NCBI GenBank assembly: GCA_024641505.1 | Contig: JAHECY010000004.1 | Coordinates: 37,133-101,132, forward strand | DNA length: 64,000 nucleotides | Source: Gammaproteobacteria bacterium | GTDB taxonomy: Bacteria; Pseudomonadota; Gammaproteobacteria; SG8-11 | Direction: 5' to 3' | In this document: one piece after another, positions 42,119 through 51,907 of the stretch | Layout of the letters: each line of letters begins with the position of its first letter | How positions within the stretch are numbered: position 1 is the first letter of the stretch | Notes under the pieces: model-generated | Told to the model about the DNA's origin: nothing | What the model saw: only the letters and a program-made list of their open reading frames with translations | Databases searched by the model: none | Position numbers and translations under genes: made by a program

Positions 42119-42949
42119 ATGGCGACCTATGTAATCGGCGATGTGCAGGGCGGATTTACGCCGCTAACGCAGCTGCTGACAGCAATTGATTTTCAAGCTC
42201 GACGTGATGTTCTTTGGTTTGTCGGGGATCTGGTCAATCGTGGTCATGAGTCGCTTGAAGTGCTGCGTTTTGTGCGCGACCTGGGAGATGGGGCGCGCAC
42301 CGTGCTGGGCAATCATGACTTGCACCTGTTGGCGGTAGCGGCGCATGCGGAGCGACAAAAACCCGGCGACACCTTGCAGCCGATTTTACAGGCACCGGAT
42401 CGTGATCAGTTGATCGACTGGCTGCGGACTCGCCCGTTATTGCATCATGATGCGACCATGAATTGCTATATGCTGCATGCCGGAATACCACCACAGTGGA
42501 CCATGCGGCAGGCCGCGGTGTTGGCGGCGGAAGTGGAAGCCCAATTGCGTGCGGCGGACTATCAGGACTATTTCCATCATATGTACGGCAACCAGCCCGA
42601 TGTCTGGCAGGAAGGCTTGACGGGTTGGGAACGCTTGCGTTTTATCACCAATTGTTTCACGCGTCTGCGCTATTGCGATGCCAACGGCAAACTCGCCCTC
42701 AAGGAGAAGGGGGCGCCTGGCACCCAGGCGACGCCTTATCAGCCTTGGTTCCGGGTGTCTGGACGGCAATCGTCCAATGACAGAATATTTTTCGGCCATT
42801 GGTCGACGCTGGGCGTGGTGCAGGAACATAATGTGATCAGCCTGGATTGCGGATGTGTCTGGGGCGGGAGCCTGGCGGCCTATTGTATCGATACCGGCGC
42901 GGTGCACCGCATAGCGTGTGCCGGCACCCTGGTGCCGGGGGCCCTATGA
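42119..42949 (+). CDS. apaH: Symmetrical bis(5'-nucleosyl)-tetraphosphatase
   Basis: IGDVQG, GDLVNRG, LGNHDLHLL, FGHWS, LDCGCVWGG. Confidence 0.95.
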   Translation: MATYVIGDVQGGFTPLTQLLTAIDFQARRDVLWFVGDLVNRGHESLEVLRFVRDLGDGARTVLGNHDLHLLAVAAHAERQKPGDTLQPILQAPDRDQLIDWLRTRPLLHHDATMNCYMLHAGIPPQWTMRQAAVLAAEVEAQLRAADYQDYFHHMYGNQPDVWQEGLTGWERLRFITNCFTRLRYCDANGKLALKEKGAPGTQATPYQPWFRVSGRQSSNDRIFFGHWSTLGVVQEHNVISLDCGCVWGGSLAAYCIDTGAVHRIACAGTLVPGAL

Positions 42950-43438
42950 GTGCCGCCGTTCCCAAACCGTGAAACTGTAGTGATAAGGATTGCGCTCGTC
43001 GGGATCGCAATCGATGCGCTCAATCTCCTGCCACTGCGTGCGTGAAAATTCCGGGAAGTAAGCGTCCCCTTCGATGGTTTCATGAATGAAGGTCAGGTAC
43101 AGACGGTCAGCCTGGGGCAGCAGTTGTTGATAAAACGATGCGCCGCCGATCACCATCACCTCGGGGCAGTCGCCCGCGTGATGCAGGGCCTGGGCAATGG
43201 AAGTGACCACGACGGCGCCGCTGGCCAGATAACCGGAATCTCGGGTGACGACTATATTGGTGCGCTCCGGCAACGGTTTAGCGCCGAACGATTCGAAAGT
43301 CAGGCGGCCCATGATCACGGGTTTGCCCAGGGTATGTTTTCGGAACCAGCGCATGTCCGCCGGCAGTTTCCACGGCAGACGATTCTCGATGCCGATGACG
43401 CCATCGTCGGTCATTGCCGCGATCAGGGATATGATCAC
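42944..43438 (-). CDS. folA: Dihydrofolate reductase
   Basis: ISLIAAM..VIG...LPW.LPAD, IMGR.TFES, VIGG, GDAYFP. Confidence 0.96.
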   Translation of the reverse strand: MIISLIAAMTDDGVIGIENRLPWKLPADMRWFRKHTLGKPVIMGRLTFESFGAKPLPERTNIVVTRDSGYLASGAVVVTSIAQALHHAGDCPEVMVIGGASFYQQLLPQADRLYLTFIHETIEGDAYFPEFSRTQWQEIERIDCDPDERNPYHYSFTVWERRHS

Positions 43439-43440
43439 TG

Positions 43441-44235
43441 TTATACCGCGACCGGCGCTTTAATATGGGGATGGCACTCGTAATCCATCAGAGTGAAATC
43501 TTCGAATCGGAACGCGAAGATGTCCTGTATCCCGTTGGTGATTTTCATTTGTGGCAAGGGTAACGGTTGGCGTTGCAACTGGGTGCGTGCCTGCTCCAGA
43601 TGGTTGGCATACAAATGCGCATCGCCCAGAGTGTGGATGAACTCGCCGGGCTGCAAATCGCAGACCTGGGCGATCATCATCGTCAACAGGGCGTAGGACG
43701 CGATATTAAAGGGTACGCCCAGGAAAATGTCGGCGCTGCGCTGGTACAGCTGGCAGGATAAACGGCCGTCGGCGACGTAAAACTGGAAAAACGCGTGGCA
43801 CGGGGGCAGCGCCATGCGCGGGATCTCGCCAACGTTCCAGGCACTGACGATCAGACGCCGCGAATCGGGGTTGGTTTTAATCTGTTGTACGACCTCACTG
43901 ATCTGATCGATGGCGCGCCCGTCCGCTGTCGGCCAGGAGCGCCATTGCGCACCATACACCGGGCCAAGATCGCCCTGGTCGTCGGCCCATTCATCCCAGA
44001 TGCTGACTTGATTTTCGTGCAGGTAGCGCAGGTTGGTGTCGCCGCGCAGGAACCATAACAGCTCATGGATGATGGAACGCAAGTGCAGTTTTTTGGTGGT
44101 GATCACCGGAAAACCCGCGCTCAGGTCGAAGCGCATCTGGTAGCCGAAAACGCTCAGCGTTCCGGTCCCGGTACGATCCTCCTTGCGAGTCCCGTGGTCA
44201 AGGACGTGCTGCATCAGGTCAAGGTATTGTTTCAC
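43441..44235 (-). CDS. thyA: Thymidylate synthase
   Basis: [26 protein letters not shown]. Confidence 0.98.
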   Translation of the reverse strand: MKQYLDLMQHVLDHGTRKEDRTGTGTLSVFGYQMRFDLSAGFPVITTKKLHLRSIIHELLWFLRGDTNLRYLHENQVSIWDEWADDQGDLGPVYGAQWRSWPTADGRAIDQISEVVQQIKTNPDSRRLIVSAWNVGEIPRMALPPCHAFFQFYVADGRLSCQLYQRSADIFLGVPFNIASYALLTMMIAQVCDLQPGEFIHTLGDAHLYANHLEQARTQLQRQPLPLPQMKITNGIQDIFAFRFEDFTLMDYECHPHIKAPVAV

Positions 44236-44238
44236 GGC

Positions 44239-45033
44239 TCAGCCTCCGGCGTGGCGGGCTTTTTGATAGGCTTTCCAGAGCATGAATCCACCGATGAGTA
44301 CCATGGGCACTGACAGTACCTGACCCATGGTCATCCAATCGAAGGCGATGTACCCCAATTGCTTGTCCGGTTGGCGGAAAAATTCCACGAAAATCCGGTA
44401 ACAACCGAACAGGGTTAAAAACAGGCCGGAGACCGCCATTGTCGGTCGGGGCTTGTTGCTGTAGAGCCAGATGACGATAAATATCGTGATGCCGCCCAGG
44501 AACAGCTGGTACAGTTGCGAGGGATGCCGTGGCTGCGTGTCCACATGCAGAAATACCATGGCCCATGGCACATCGGTCACCCGCCCCCACAGTTCGCCAT
44601 TGATGAAGTTACCGAGGCGGCCGGCGGCGTATCCCAATGGAAACAGGGGTATCATGAAATCGGTGACTTGAAAAAATGAGCGTTGGGTTTTGCGGCCATA
44701 AAGCGCCAGAGCCAGCGCGGTACCGAGAAGTCCGCCATGAAACGACATGCCGCCTTGCCAGATCTTGAACAGATTGAGCGGGTGTTGAATAAAATTACTG
44801 AAGTCATAGAACAGGACATAACCGATGCGGCCGCCAAGAATGACGCCCAGTGCCGCATAAAACATGATATCGGCGACCTCGTCTTCTTTCCAGCCGGAGC
44901 CGGCGCGCCGGGCACGATAACGACCCAGGTACCAGGCGGAAGTAAAGGCGACCAGATACATCAGGCCATACCAATGAATGCCACCGCTGCCAATATGGAT
45001 GGCGATGGGATCGATTTCAGGATATATCAACAT
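44239..45033 (-). CDS. lgt: Prolipoprotein diacylglyceryl transferase
   Basis: WYGLMY, GGRIGY, GGMSFHGG, GRLGNFINGELWGR, RHPSQLY. Confidence 0.96.
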   Translation of the reverse strand: MLIYPEIDPIAIHIGSGGIHWYGLMYLVAFTSAWYLGRYRARRAGSGWKEDEVADIMFYAALGVILGGRIGYVLFYDFSNFIQHPLNLFKIWQGGMSFHGGLLGTALALALYGRKTQRSFFQVTDFMIPLFPLGYAAGRLGNFINGELWGRVTDVPWAMVFLHVDTQPRHPSQLYQLFLGGITIFIVIWLYSNKPRPTMAVSGLFLTLFGCYRIFVEFFRQPDKQLGYIAFDWMTMGQVLSVPMVLIGGFMLWKAYQKARHAGG

Positions 45034-45184
45034 GGGCGCTAGTATACCGTAAGCCGCTGGATCATAGGGCCAGGAAACAGGTGTTATTGCCGGAATTTTT
45101 TTCATCAAATGATCGCAATTCCATGGCGGGTGATCAAATCAGCCCCGGTTCCGGACGGTCGCAGGTCGGCTAAGGGAGGTAAGT

Positions 45185-45787
45185 ATGCAGTTTCGTCAAA
45201 TGTTCGCGGTTGTAGTCATCGGGTGGCTGGTCACCATGGGCGGCTCCGCCGAGGCGCAGCCCCGGCTGCGACCGGATGCCTGGGCCCATTCCATCGTGGG
45301 TGCGCAACTCCGAAATTGGTTTCAGGTGGATAAACTTTTGTATCGCAGTGCGCAGCCGGATACGGAAGGCATGGCTGAGGTCGCGGCGATGGGTGTTCAT
45401 ACCGTTATCAATCTCCGGGAGTACCACAGTGATGATGGCGAAGCGCAAGGTTTGGATTTGACGCTGGTACGAATTCCAATGAATGCGGCCAAGATTCGGG
45501 ATGAGGACGTGATCCATGCTTTGCGCTTGATTAAAGAAGCGACGGCTCCGGTGCTGGTGCACTGTTGGCATGGGTCGGATCGAACCGGTGTGGTGATCGC
45601 CATGTATCGATTGGTCTTCCAGGGATGGACGCGGGCACAAGCGATTGATGAATTGGTCGACGGAGATTATGGCTACCATGCTATATATGGGAATATCACC
45701 GCCTATTTGAACGCGGTGGATATCAATAGCATCTCGAAAAGCGTGGGTGTCGCCGAGGGGGTTGGGGGTCACCTTAATCAGCCATAG
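45185..45787 (+). CDS. Exported Cys-based (CX5R) dual-specificity phosphatase
   Basis: Signal peptide (AEA-Q), LYRSAQP, VINLR, HCWHGSDRTG. Confidence 0.87.
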   Translation: MQFRQMFAVVVIGWLVTMGGSAEAQPRLRPDAWAHSIVGAQLRNWFQVDKLLYRSAQPDTEGMAEVAAMGVHTVINLREYHSDDGEAQGLDLTLVRIPMNAAKIRDEDVIHALRLIKEATAPVLVHCWHGSDRTGVVIAMYRLVFQGWTRAQAIDELVDGDYGYHAIYGNITAYLNAVDINSISKSVGVAEGVGGHLNQP

Positions 45788-45891
45788 CCTTCTCTATGGG
45801 GGTATAAGTCTATCACTTATGAATAGTTGATCATTTTCGTAGGTAATCATAGTATTAGTGCATCATTGAATGCTAATACGGAGGCTTTGCC

Positions 45892-46344
45892 ATGACTGGT
45901 TTTATTCCCGGGTTTCCCCATGATGGTATCGTGACCATCAATCGCGTTATCTTGAAACCGCAATACAGTGTCGAGGATCTCGAAGAGCGTGTCGCCATGT
46001 TGTGCGAGAATGTAAAGACCTATCACTCCGGGACCGGATTTGTCGGGGGTTTCGTGGCTTTGAACAGTGGCCAGATATCCAATGAAGGCAGCACGACGGG
46101 GCAGGTCGTTGAGAGCTCTCTCAAAGGTAAGGAGGCGTTGATTATCACCTTCTGGCGTTCCTTTGAAGAGCATGAAGAATCGCATCGTTCGCGCACGTTC
46201 CAGCCCTTGTTTAAAGACGTTCTTGAATTGTGCGAAAATGGTAATGAAGAAATCGCCTATAACATGCTCTGGTCCGGGGCAGCCTATAATGACGAGCAGG
46301 CCAGAGCGGCCCAGGACGCCAAGGAACGTTACAAAGTCGCATAA
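45892..46344 (+). CDS. Ferredoxin-like (ABM/SOR-type) fold protein; half-size SOR-like
   Basis: RBS GGAGG; VTINRV, MLC, GFVGG, TFWRSFEEHEESH, GNEEIAY. Confidence 0.7.
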   Translation: MTGFIPGFPHDGIVTINRVILKPQYSVEDLEERVAMLCENVKTYHSGTGFVGGFVALNSGQISNEGSTTGQVVESSLKGKEALIITFWRSFEEHEESHRSRTFQPLFKDVLELCENGNEEIAYNMLWSGAAYNDEQARAAQDAKERYKVA

Positions 46345-46459
46345 GTTGCCGATCCGTTTGCGCCAACTGCCGGTCGCTGTTGGGCCGGCAGCGCATCGGC
46401 GGGCGGCATCTTGGCGCCACTGAACTGTCAATCCACCATGCTGGTGTCGAGGAACAGCG

Positions 46460-46951
46460 ATGACGTTACACCGGTTGCGGTCAATGCACCTGGCGCTAAG
46501 CGCGATATGTCTGGCTTTGACGCTGTTGCCGGGATGCGCTAAAACGCCTGATGCGGAAAAAATCGCAGCGTTGATCGATGGCATGGCTGCGCATGCGCGG
46601 GCGCACGAGGTCAGTGCGTTTTTCAAGGCGGTAGCCGACGATTTTGTCGGTGAACCCGTTGCCAGCCCCGCTATCAGCAAAGCGCAGCTGAAAGGACTGT
46701 TAGCGTACTATTTTCTGCGGCACAAAAATATCAATATCGTGATCGTCCATCAGGACATTACCGTTGACGGTGATCAAGCCCGGGTGGAACTCCAGGCGCT
46801 GACCACGGGTTCCCGGACTGTCATACCGGAACAGGCGCAATATTTTTTGATTCAAGGGAAGCTGGCAAAGCGCGCCAACACGTGGTGGGTCACCCATGCG
46901 CGCTGGGAGAAAATGCTGGCACCGCAAAACAACGAACGCGGCGACAATTAA
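46460..46951 (+). CDS. NTF2/SnoaL-like lipoprotein
   Basis: Lipobox LLPG-C; helix-helix start, ADDF, ITVDGDQARV, W-V..A-W terminal strand. Confidence 0.65.
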   Translation: MTLHRLRSMHLALSAICLALTLLPGCAKTPDAEKIAALIDGMAAHARAHEVSAFFKAVADDFVGEPVASPAISKAQLKGLLAYYFLRHKNINIVIVHQDITVDGDQARVELQALTTGSRTVIPEQAQYFLIQGKLAKRANTWWVTHARWEKMLAPQNNERGDN

Positions 46952-47253
46952 GGTTTTGGCTTACCGATGGAATCAATCGGTATCACCACTTCCCTCGGGG
47001 TGGATGCGTTGTTACGCGGCCCCGGCGTTACCGGCCGCAGGGTTGACGGCGTGCCCCTGGCTTCCTGGAACTCCCGTTCCCGTTCCGAAATCAATGTCAG
47101 GCAATGACGGATATCCGTAAGCGTGGTATCCGACAGGGGGTGTTTCACTCCTGGTGCCGTGGCGGTCTCTTTGACAACGCTGACCAGGACGAACTTCACC
47201 GCGTTTAAGATGCGTTCTTCCTTGCTGCGCGTTTCGTTGTCGTTAATGCTCAT
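46948..47253 (-). CDS. Conserved hypothetical small protein
   Basis: SKEERIL...KET.T.PG.KHPLS..T..DIR.CL.LIS.RE pattern, recalled from sulfur-oxidizer hypotheticals. Confidence 0.65.
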   Translation of the reverse strand: MSINDNETRSKEERILNAVKFVLVSVVKETATAPGVKHPLSDTTLTDIRHCLTLISEREREFQEARGTPSTLRPVTPGPRNNASTPREVVIPIDSIGKPKP

Positions 47254-47750
47254 GGCGATGGTTGTATTTTGTAGGTTATGCCGCTGTCATGCAGCCACAC
47301 GCACGCTTTTTCATATTTGAGATCGCAGCCGCGTTGCATAAGCTCCAAGCCTCGGGGCAGATCGGATTGGATAATCCTGCCTTCGAAATAGGCCAGTCCC
47401 ATGGCATAACAATCTGCCGCGATATTGGCATGACAGTTTTGCTCACCCATGCGCGTACCTTTGCGTAGCCAATGCTGCGCCTTGGTATCGTCCTGTTTGA
47501 GTTTGCGGCCTTCCAATTCGCCCTTCAGGTAGGCGGTGCCTAAAGCCAGGCATTGTGTCGTGTCCCCTTTCTCGCAACGATCTTCCATGTCGGTCACCCA
47601 ACCTGCTTCCGCATAGACCGGGGAAACGTTTGTCAGCATCCCCAGACAAAGTGCCAGGTAGAAAAGTTTCTTGGAATTGTCAATCAAGCTATGCGAAAGA
47701 CAGGAATTAGTCGATCTCATCATGATCCTCGCTATTAATGGCTGATCCAA
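47250..47750 (-). CDS. Secreted Cys-rich Sel1-like repeat protein
   Basis: Signal peptide (VYA-E); C..GD...C..LG..Y repeats. Start uncertain. Confidence 0.7.
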   Translation of the reverse strand: MDQPLIARIMMRSTNSCLSHSLIDNSKKLFYLALCLGMLTNVSPVYAEAGWVTDMEDRCEKGDTTQCLALGTAYLKGELEGRKLKQDDTKAQHWLRKGTRMGEQNCHANIAADCYAMGLAYFEGRIIQSDLPRGLELMQRGCDLKYEKACVWLHDSGITYKIQPSP

Positions 47751-47902
47751 AGGTCATCAGGATACCATACCTTGCGATTGAAGCCCTTGTCAGCGGTCCA
47801 TTTTACATAAAAATAGAGTGGCGTGGGCAAATAAAAAATTATTGACTGCAACGATAAAGAAAAATGATAAGGAAAATTTATACAGGTAGTGTGAAAACTC
47901 GC

Positions 47903-47930
47903 TTGAAAATAACCCCCGACAGGCTATGTT
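47903..47930 (+). promoter_or_regulatory. Possible sigma70 promoter for sat-aprBA
   Basis: TTGAAA-N16-TATGTT within an AT-rich intergenic region. Confidence 0.35.
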
Positions 47931-48010
47931 AAGGGCCCGGGTTTTCAGATGTTCTGGCCCAGGTGAGCTATTTCAAAAGAAAAAATCCATAATTAGATGC
48001 GGGAGAGGTT

Positions 48011-49228
48011 ATGACAAGTCTTGTACCACCACATGGAGGGGGGGACCTAAAGCCATTGTTGCTGGCAGGTGCTGCGTTGCAGGCGGAAATCAAGCGTGCG
48101 CAAACGTTAACCCGAATCAATGTAAGTTCCCGTGAAGCCGGCGACATCATTATGATGGGTATCGGCGGATTTACTCCCCTCACCGGTTTCATGACCCGTG
48201 CCGACTGGCAGGGTGTGTGCGACGGCATGAAGATGACCAGCGGGTTATTCTGGCCGATCCCCATTACCCTGTCCACGGACAATGCTGCGGCCGACGGCAT
48301 CAAAGCCGGGCAGGATATTGCTCTCTATGACGATGAGCGCGACGAGATTCTGGCCACCATGACGGTGTCGGAGAAGTACGCTATCGACAAGGCCCATGAA
48401 TGCATGCAGGTGTATAAGACCGTCGATCTTGAACATCCCGGCGTCAAGATGGTTATGGAGCAAGGCGACGTCAACCTGGCCGGTAGCGTCAAAGTGTTGT
48501 CCCTGGGTGGTTTCCCGGAAGAATACGGCAAGCAGTTTTTGACCCCCGCGGAAACACGCGCGGAGTTCACCAAACGCGGCTGGAGTACCATCGCGGCGTT
48601 TCAGACGCGTAATCCGATGCACCGCTCACATGAGTACCTGGCGAAGATCGCCATCGAAATTTGCGACGGGGTCCTGATCCACTCGCTCCTGGGGAAACTC
48701 AAGCCCGGTGATATTCCCGCGGAAACCCGCACTCGGGCCATCGGTACCTTGATAGAAAAATATTTCGTGAATAACACGGTAATTCAGGCGGGCTATCCGC
48801 TGGACATGCGCTATGCGGGTCCCCGTGAGGCATTGCTGCACGCCCTGTTTCGTCAGAACTACGGCTGCTCGCACTTGATCGTGGGCCGTGACCACGCAGG
48901 TGTCGGTGACTACTACGGTCCCTTCGACGCCCATCATATTTTTGATGAAATCCCCGCGGACGCACTGGTAACCAAGCCGCTGAAAATCGACTGGACCTTC
49001 TGGTGCCACAAATGTGGTGGCATGGCTTCCATGAAAACCTGTCCCCACGAAGCCGCGGACCGTTTGTTGCTCTCAGGCACCAAGTTGCGTAAGTCCCTGT
49101 CGGAAGGCACTGAAGTTCCCGACAATTTTAGTCGGCCGGAAGTGCTGGAAATCCTGCGGGAATATTACGGTAGCCTGAAAGATGACGAGAAGGTGGAAGT
49201 GAAATTATCTGGTCATTCAGCCAAGTAA
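48011..49228 (+). CDS. sat: Sulfate adenylyltransferase
   Basis: [41 protein letters not shown]. Confidence 0.98.
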   Translation: MTSLVPPHGGGDLKPLLLAGAALQAEIKRAQTLTRINVSSREAGDIIMMGIGGFTPLTGFMTRADWQGVCDGMKMTSGLFWPIPITLSTDNAAADGIKAGQDIALYDDERDEILATMTVSEKYAIDKAHECMQVYKTVDLEHPGVKMVMEQGDVNLAGSVKVLSLGGFPEEYGKQFLTPAETRAEFTKRGWSTIAAFQTRNPMHRSHEYLAKIAIEICDGVLIHSLLGKLKPGDIPAETRTRAIGTLIEKYFVNNTVIQAGYPLDMRYAGPREALLHALFRQNYGCSHLIVGRDHAGVGDYYGPFDAHHIFDEIPADALVTKPLKIDWTFWCHKCGGMASMKTCPHEAADRLLLSGTKLRKSLSEGTEVPDNFSRPEVLEILREYYGSLKDDEKVEVKLSGHSAK

Positions 49229-49299
49229 ATCTGGTAAGCTTACCCGCTGATAAAAAACAAATAATAGAAATTGAACGTAATAGAAGACGGAGAAAAGAA

Positions 49300-49767
49300 A
49301 TGCCAACATATGTGCGCACTGATAAATGTGATGGCTGCAAGGGCCAGGATAAAACGGCCTGCATGTACATCTGCCCCCACGACCTGATGCGTCTGGACAA
49401 AGACGGTTCGGAAACCGGTCACGCCATGAAGGCCTATAACCAGGAGCCGGAACAATGCTGGGAATGTTATTCCTGCGTTAAGATCTGCCCCCAGCAAGCG
49501 ATCGAATGCCGGCACTACGCGGACATCGTGCCGCTGGGCGGCTCGGTACAGCCTCTGCGCGGTACTGATTCCATTATGTGGACGATCAAGTTCCGCAATG
49601 GCACCATGAAACGCTTCAAGTTCCCCATTCGCACCACTCCCGAAGGCTCCATTGATCCTTACGGCGGCAAGGAAACCGCGGACATCAAGAAGATTTCCGA
49701 TAACGGCTTTTTTACCAAGCAGAACGGTTACCGCGCGGGCAATCCCAGCGAGTTGATCAAAGTCTAA
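49300..49767 (+). CDS. aprB: Adenylylsulfate reductase beta subunit
   Basis: CDGC...CMYICP and CWECYSCVKICP clusters; FKFPIRTTPEGS. Confidence 0.97.
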   Translation: MPTYVRTDKCDGCKGQDKTACMYICPHDLMRLDKDGSETGHAMKAYNQEPEQCWECYSCVKICPQQAIECRHYADIVPLGGSVQPLRGTDSIMWTIKFRNGTMKRFKFPIRTTPEGSIDPYGGKETADIKKISDNGFFTKQNGYRAGNPSELIKV

Positions 49768-49807
49768 AGGTTTCAGGAATTTAAATTAGAACAACGAGGT
49801 AAGAACA

Positions 49808-51808
49808 ATGGCAGGAGAATTTGGTAAACCTGAGGTGGTCCAGGAAGAAGTGGACATCCTCATTATTGGCGGCGGTATGGCGGCGTGTGGCGCGGCCTAT
49901 GAAATTGGTCCGTGGATCAAGGCGTCAGGGCAGAACATCAAGGTCAAGCTGGTGGATAAAGCAGCCATGGACCGTTCCGGCGCGGTAGCGCAAGGTTTGT
50001 CCGCGATCAACACCTATATCGGTACCGAACAGGACCCGGCGGATTATGCCCGCATGGTGTCCAATGACCTGATGGGTATCACCCGTGACGATCTGGCCTA
50101 TGACCTGGGCCGCCACGTGGACGAGTCCGTGCATCTGTTTGAAGAATGGGGTCTGCCCATTTGGAAGACTGACGAAAACGGCGAACGTCACGACGGTTCC
50201 AAGGGCCTGCCCGCGCTGAAAGACGGTGGCAAGCCGGTACGTTCCGGTAAATGGCAGATCATGATCAACGGTGAATCCTATAAGTGGATCGTTGCCGAAG
50301 CGGCCAAGAAAGCTCTGGGCACCGACAACATTCAGGAACGTATTTTCATCGTCAAGCTGGTCAACGACAAGAACGACAAGAACCGCATCGCCGGTGCTGT
50401 TGGCTTCTCAACACGTGACCATAAGGTGTTTGTATACAAGTTCAAGGCTTGCCTGCTGGTGTGCGGTGGTTGCGTCAACATTTTCCGTCCGCGTTCCGTA
50501 GGTGAAGGTACCGGTCGTGCCTGGTACCCGGTATGGAATGCTGGTTCTACCTATGCGATGGCCGCTGAAGCCGGCGCCGAGCTGACCATGATGGAAAACC
50601 GTTTCGTTCCCGCCCGTTTCAAGGACGGTTACGGCCCGGTAGGCGCTTGGTTCCTGCTGTTTAAAGCCAAGGCCACCAATGCGTTTGGTGAAGTTTACAT
50701 GGACAAGAACAAGGAGTTGTTAAATGACTATCCTCCTTATGGCCAGGCTGCAGTGCCGGCGTCTTGCCTGCGTAATCACCTGATGCTCAAGGAAATGAAG
50801 GAAGGTCGCGGTCCCATCTATATGGATACCGTTACTGCGTTGGCTGCATTGCGTGAAACCTTGTCGGCTCGCGAAGTGAAGCATCTGGAAGCCGAGGCCT
50901 GGGAAGACTTTCTGGACATGTGTATCGGTCAGTGCGGTATCTGGGTTGGTGAAAACATCGAGCCGGAGAAGAAGAACTCCGAATTGATGCCCACCGAGCC
51001 CTACCTGTTGGGTTCGCACTCCGGTTGCTGCGGTATCTGGGTATCCGGCCCAACCGACCTTGGTGCACCCACCAGCGAAGCGCTGCCTGGCGCCCCCGCG
51101 CACCTGCCCAAGGGTTGGAATTGGGGCTATCGCTCCATGACCACCGTACAGGGTCTGTTCACCGCCGCCGACGGCGTAGGCGCTTCCGGTCACAAGTTCT
51201 CGTCCGGTTCCCATGCGGAAGGTCGTATGTGTGCCAAGTCCATGGTCAAGTTCGTGATGGACAACAAGGATCACAAGCCCGAGCTTGATACGTCGGTAGA
51301 CCAATTGGTGGCTGATATTTATCAACCGGTGCGGACTTATCTCGAGCACAAGGATTACACCACTGCGATTGATGTCAACCCGAACTACATCACGCCCAAG
51401 ATGCTGCAGTTCCGCTTGCAGAAGATCATGGACGAGTACGTCGCCGGTGTTGCCACCTACTACACCACCAACGCCAAGATGCTGGCCCTGGCGGAAGAAA
51501 AGCTGGAAATGTTGAAGGAAGACGCCCTCAAGATGCGCGCCAAGGACCTGCATGAATTGCTGCGGGCCTGGGAAAACTACCATCGCATCCTGACCGCGGA
51601 AGCCCATATGAAGCACATTCAGTTCCGTGAAGAATCCCGTTATCCGGGTTTCTACTACCGCGCCGATAAGAACTTTGTCGATGAGAAAAACTGGAAGTGT
51701 TTCGTTAACTCGATCTATGACAAGACCACCCATAAGTGGACCGTGTTCAAGCGCGCCCACGTGGATCTGGTTGACAAGTCCAAGCTGTTCAAGGCGGCAG
51801 CGCACTAA
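49808..51808 (+). CDS. aprA: Adenylylsulfate reductase alpha subunit
   Basis: IIGGGMAACG, RSGAVAQGLSAINTY, GKWQIMINGESYK, GHKFSSGS, EESRYPG. Confidence 0.98.
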   Translation: MAGEFGKPEVVQEEVDILIIGGGMAACGAAYEIGPWIKASGQNIKVKLVDKAAMDRSGAVAQGLSAINTYIGTEQDPADYARMVSNDLMGITRDDLAYDLGRHVDESVHLFEEWGLPIWKTDENGERHDGSKGLPALKDGGKPVRSGKWQIMINGESYKWIVAEAAKKALGTDNIQERIFIVKLVNDKNDKNRIAGAVGFSTRDHKVFVYKFKACLLVCGGCVNIFRPRSVGEGTGRAWYPVWNAGSTYAMAAEAGAELTMMENRFVPARFKDGYGPVGAWFLLFKAKATNAFGEVYMDKNKELLNDYPPYGQAAVPASCLRNHLMLKEMKEGRGPIYMDTVTALAALRETLSAREVKHLEAEAWEDFLDMCIGQCGIWVGENIEPEKKNSELMPTEPYLLGSHSGCCGIWVSGPTDLGAPTSEALPGAPAHLPKGWNWGYRSMTTVQGLFTAADGVGASGHKFSSGSHAEGRMCAKSMVKFVMDNKDHKPELDTSVDQLVADIYQPVRTYLEHKDYTTAIDVNPNYITPKMLQFRLQKIMDEYVAGVATYYTTNAKMLALAEEKLEMLKEDALKMRAKDLHELLRAWENYHRILTAEAHMKHIQFREESRYPGFYYRADKNFVDEKNWKCFVNSIYDKTTHKWTVFKRAHVDLVDKSKLFKAAAH

Positions 51809-51831
51809 GATCGAGCGTTAGCAGTACACAG

Positions 51832-51861
51832 AAGTCCGGGCACGCAGGTGCCCGGACTTTT
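51832..51861 (+). terminator. Terminator after aprA
   Basis: AAGTCCGGGCAC-gcag-GTGCCCGGACTT-TT. Confidence 0.8.
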
Positions 51862-51907
51862 GCTTTCAATGCAGGCAAGAAATTATTGAGTTACCCGGAG
51901 TCGTGTT

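Noticed and set aside
45827-45840. FNR-like TTGAT half-site upstream of the SOR-like gene
   Set aside because: The second half (TTCGT) does not match ATCAA.
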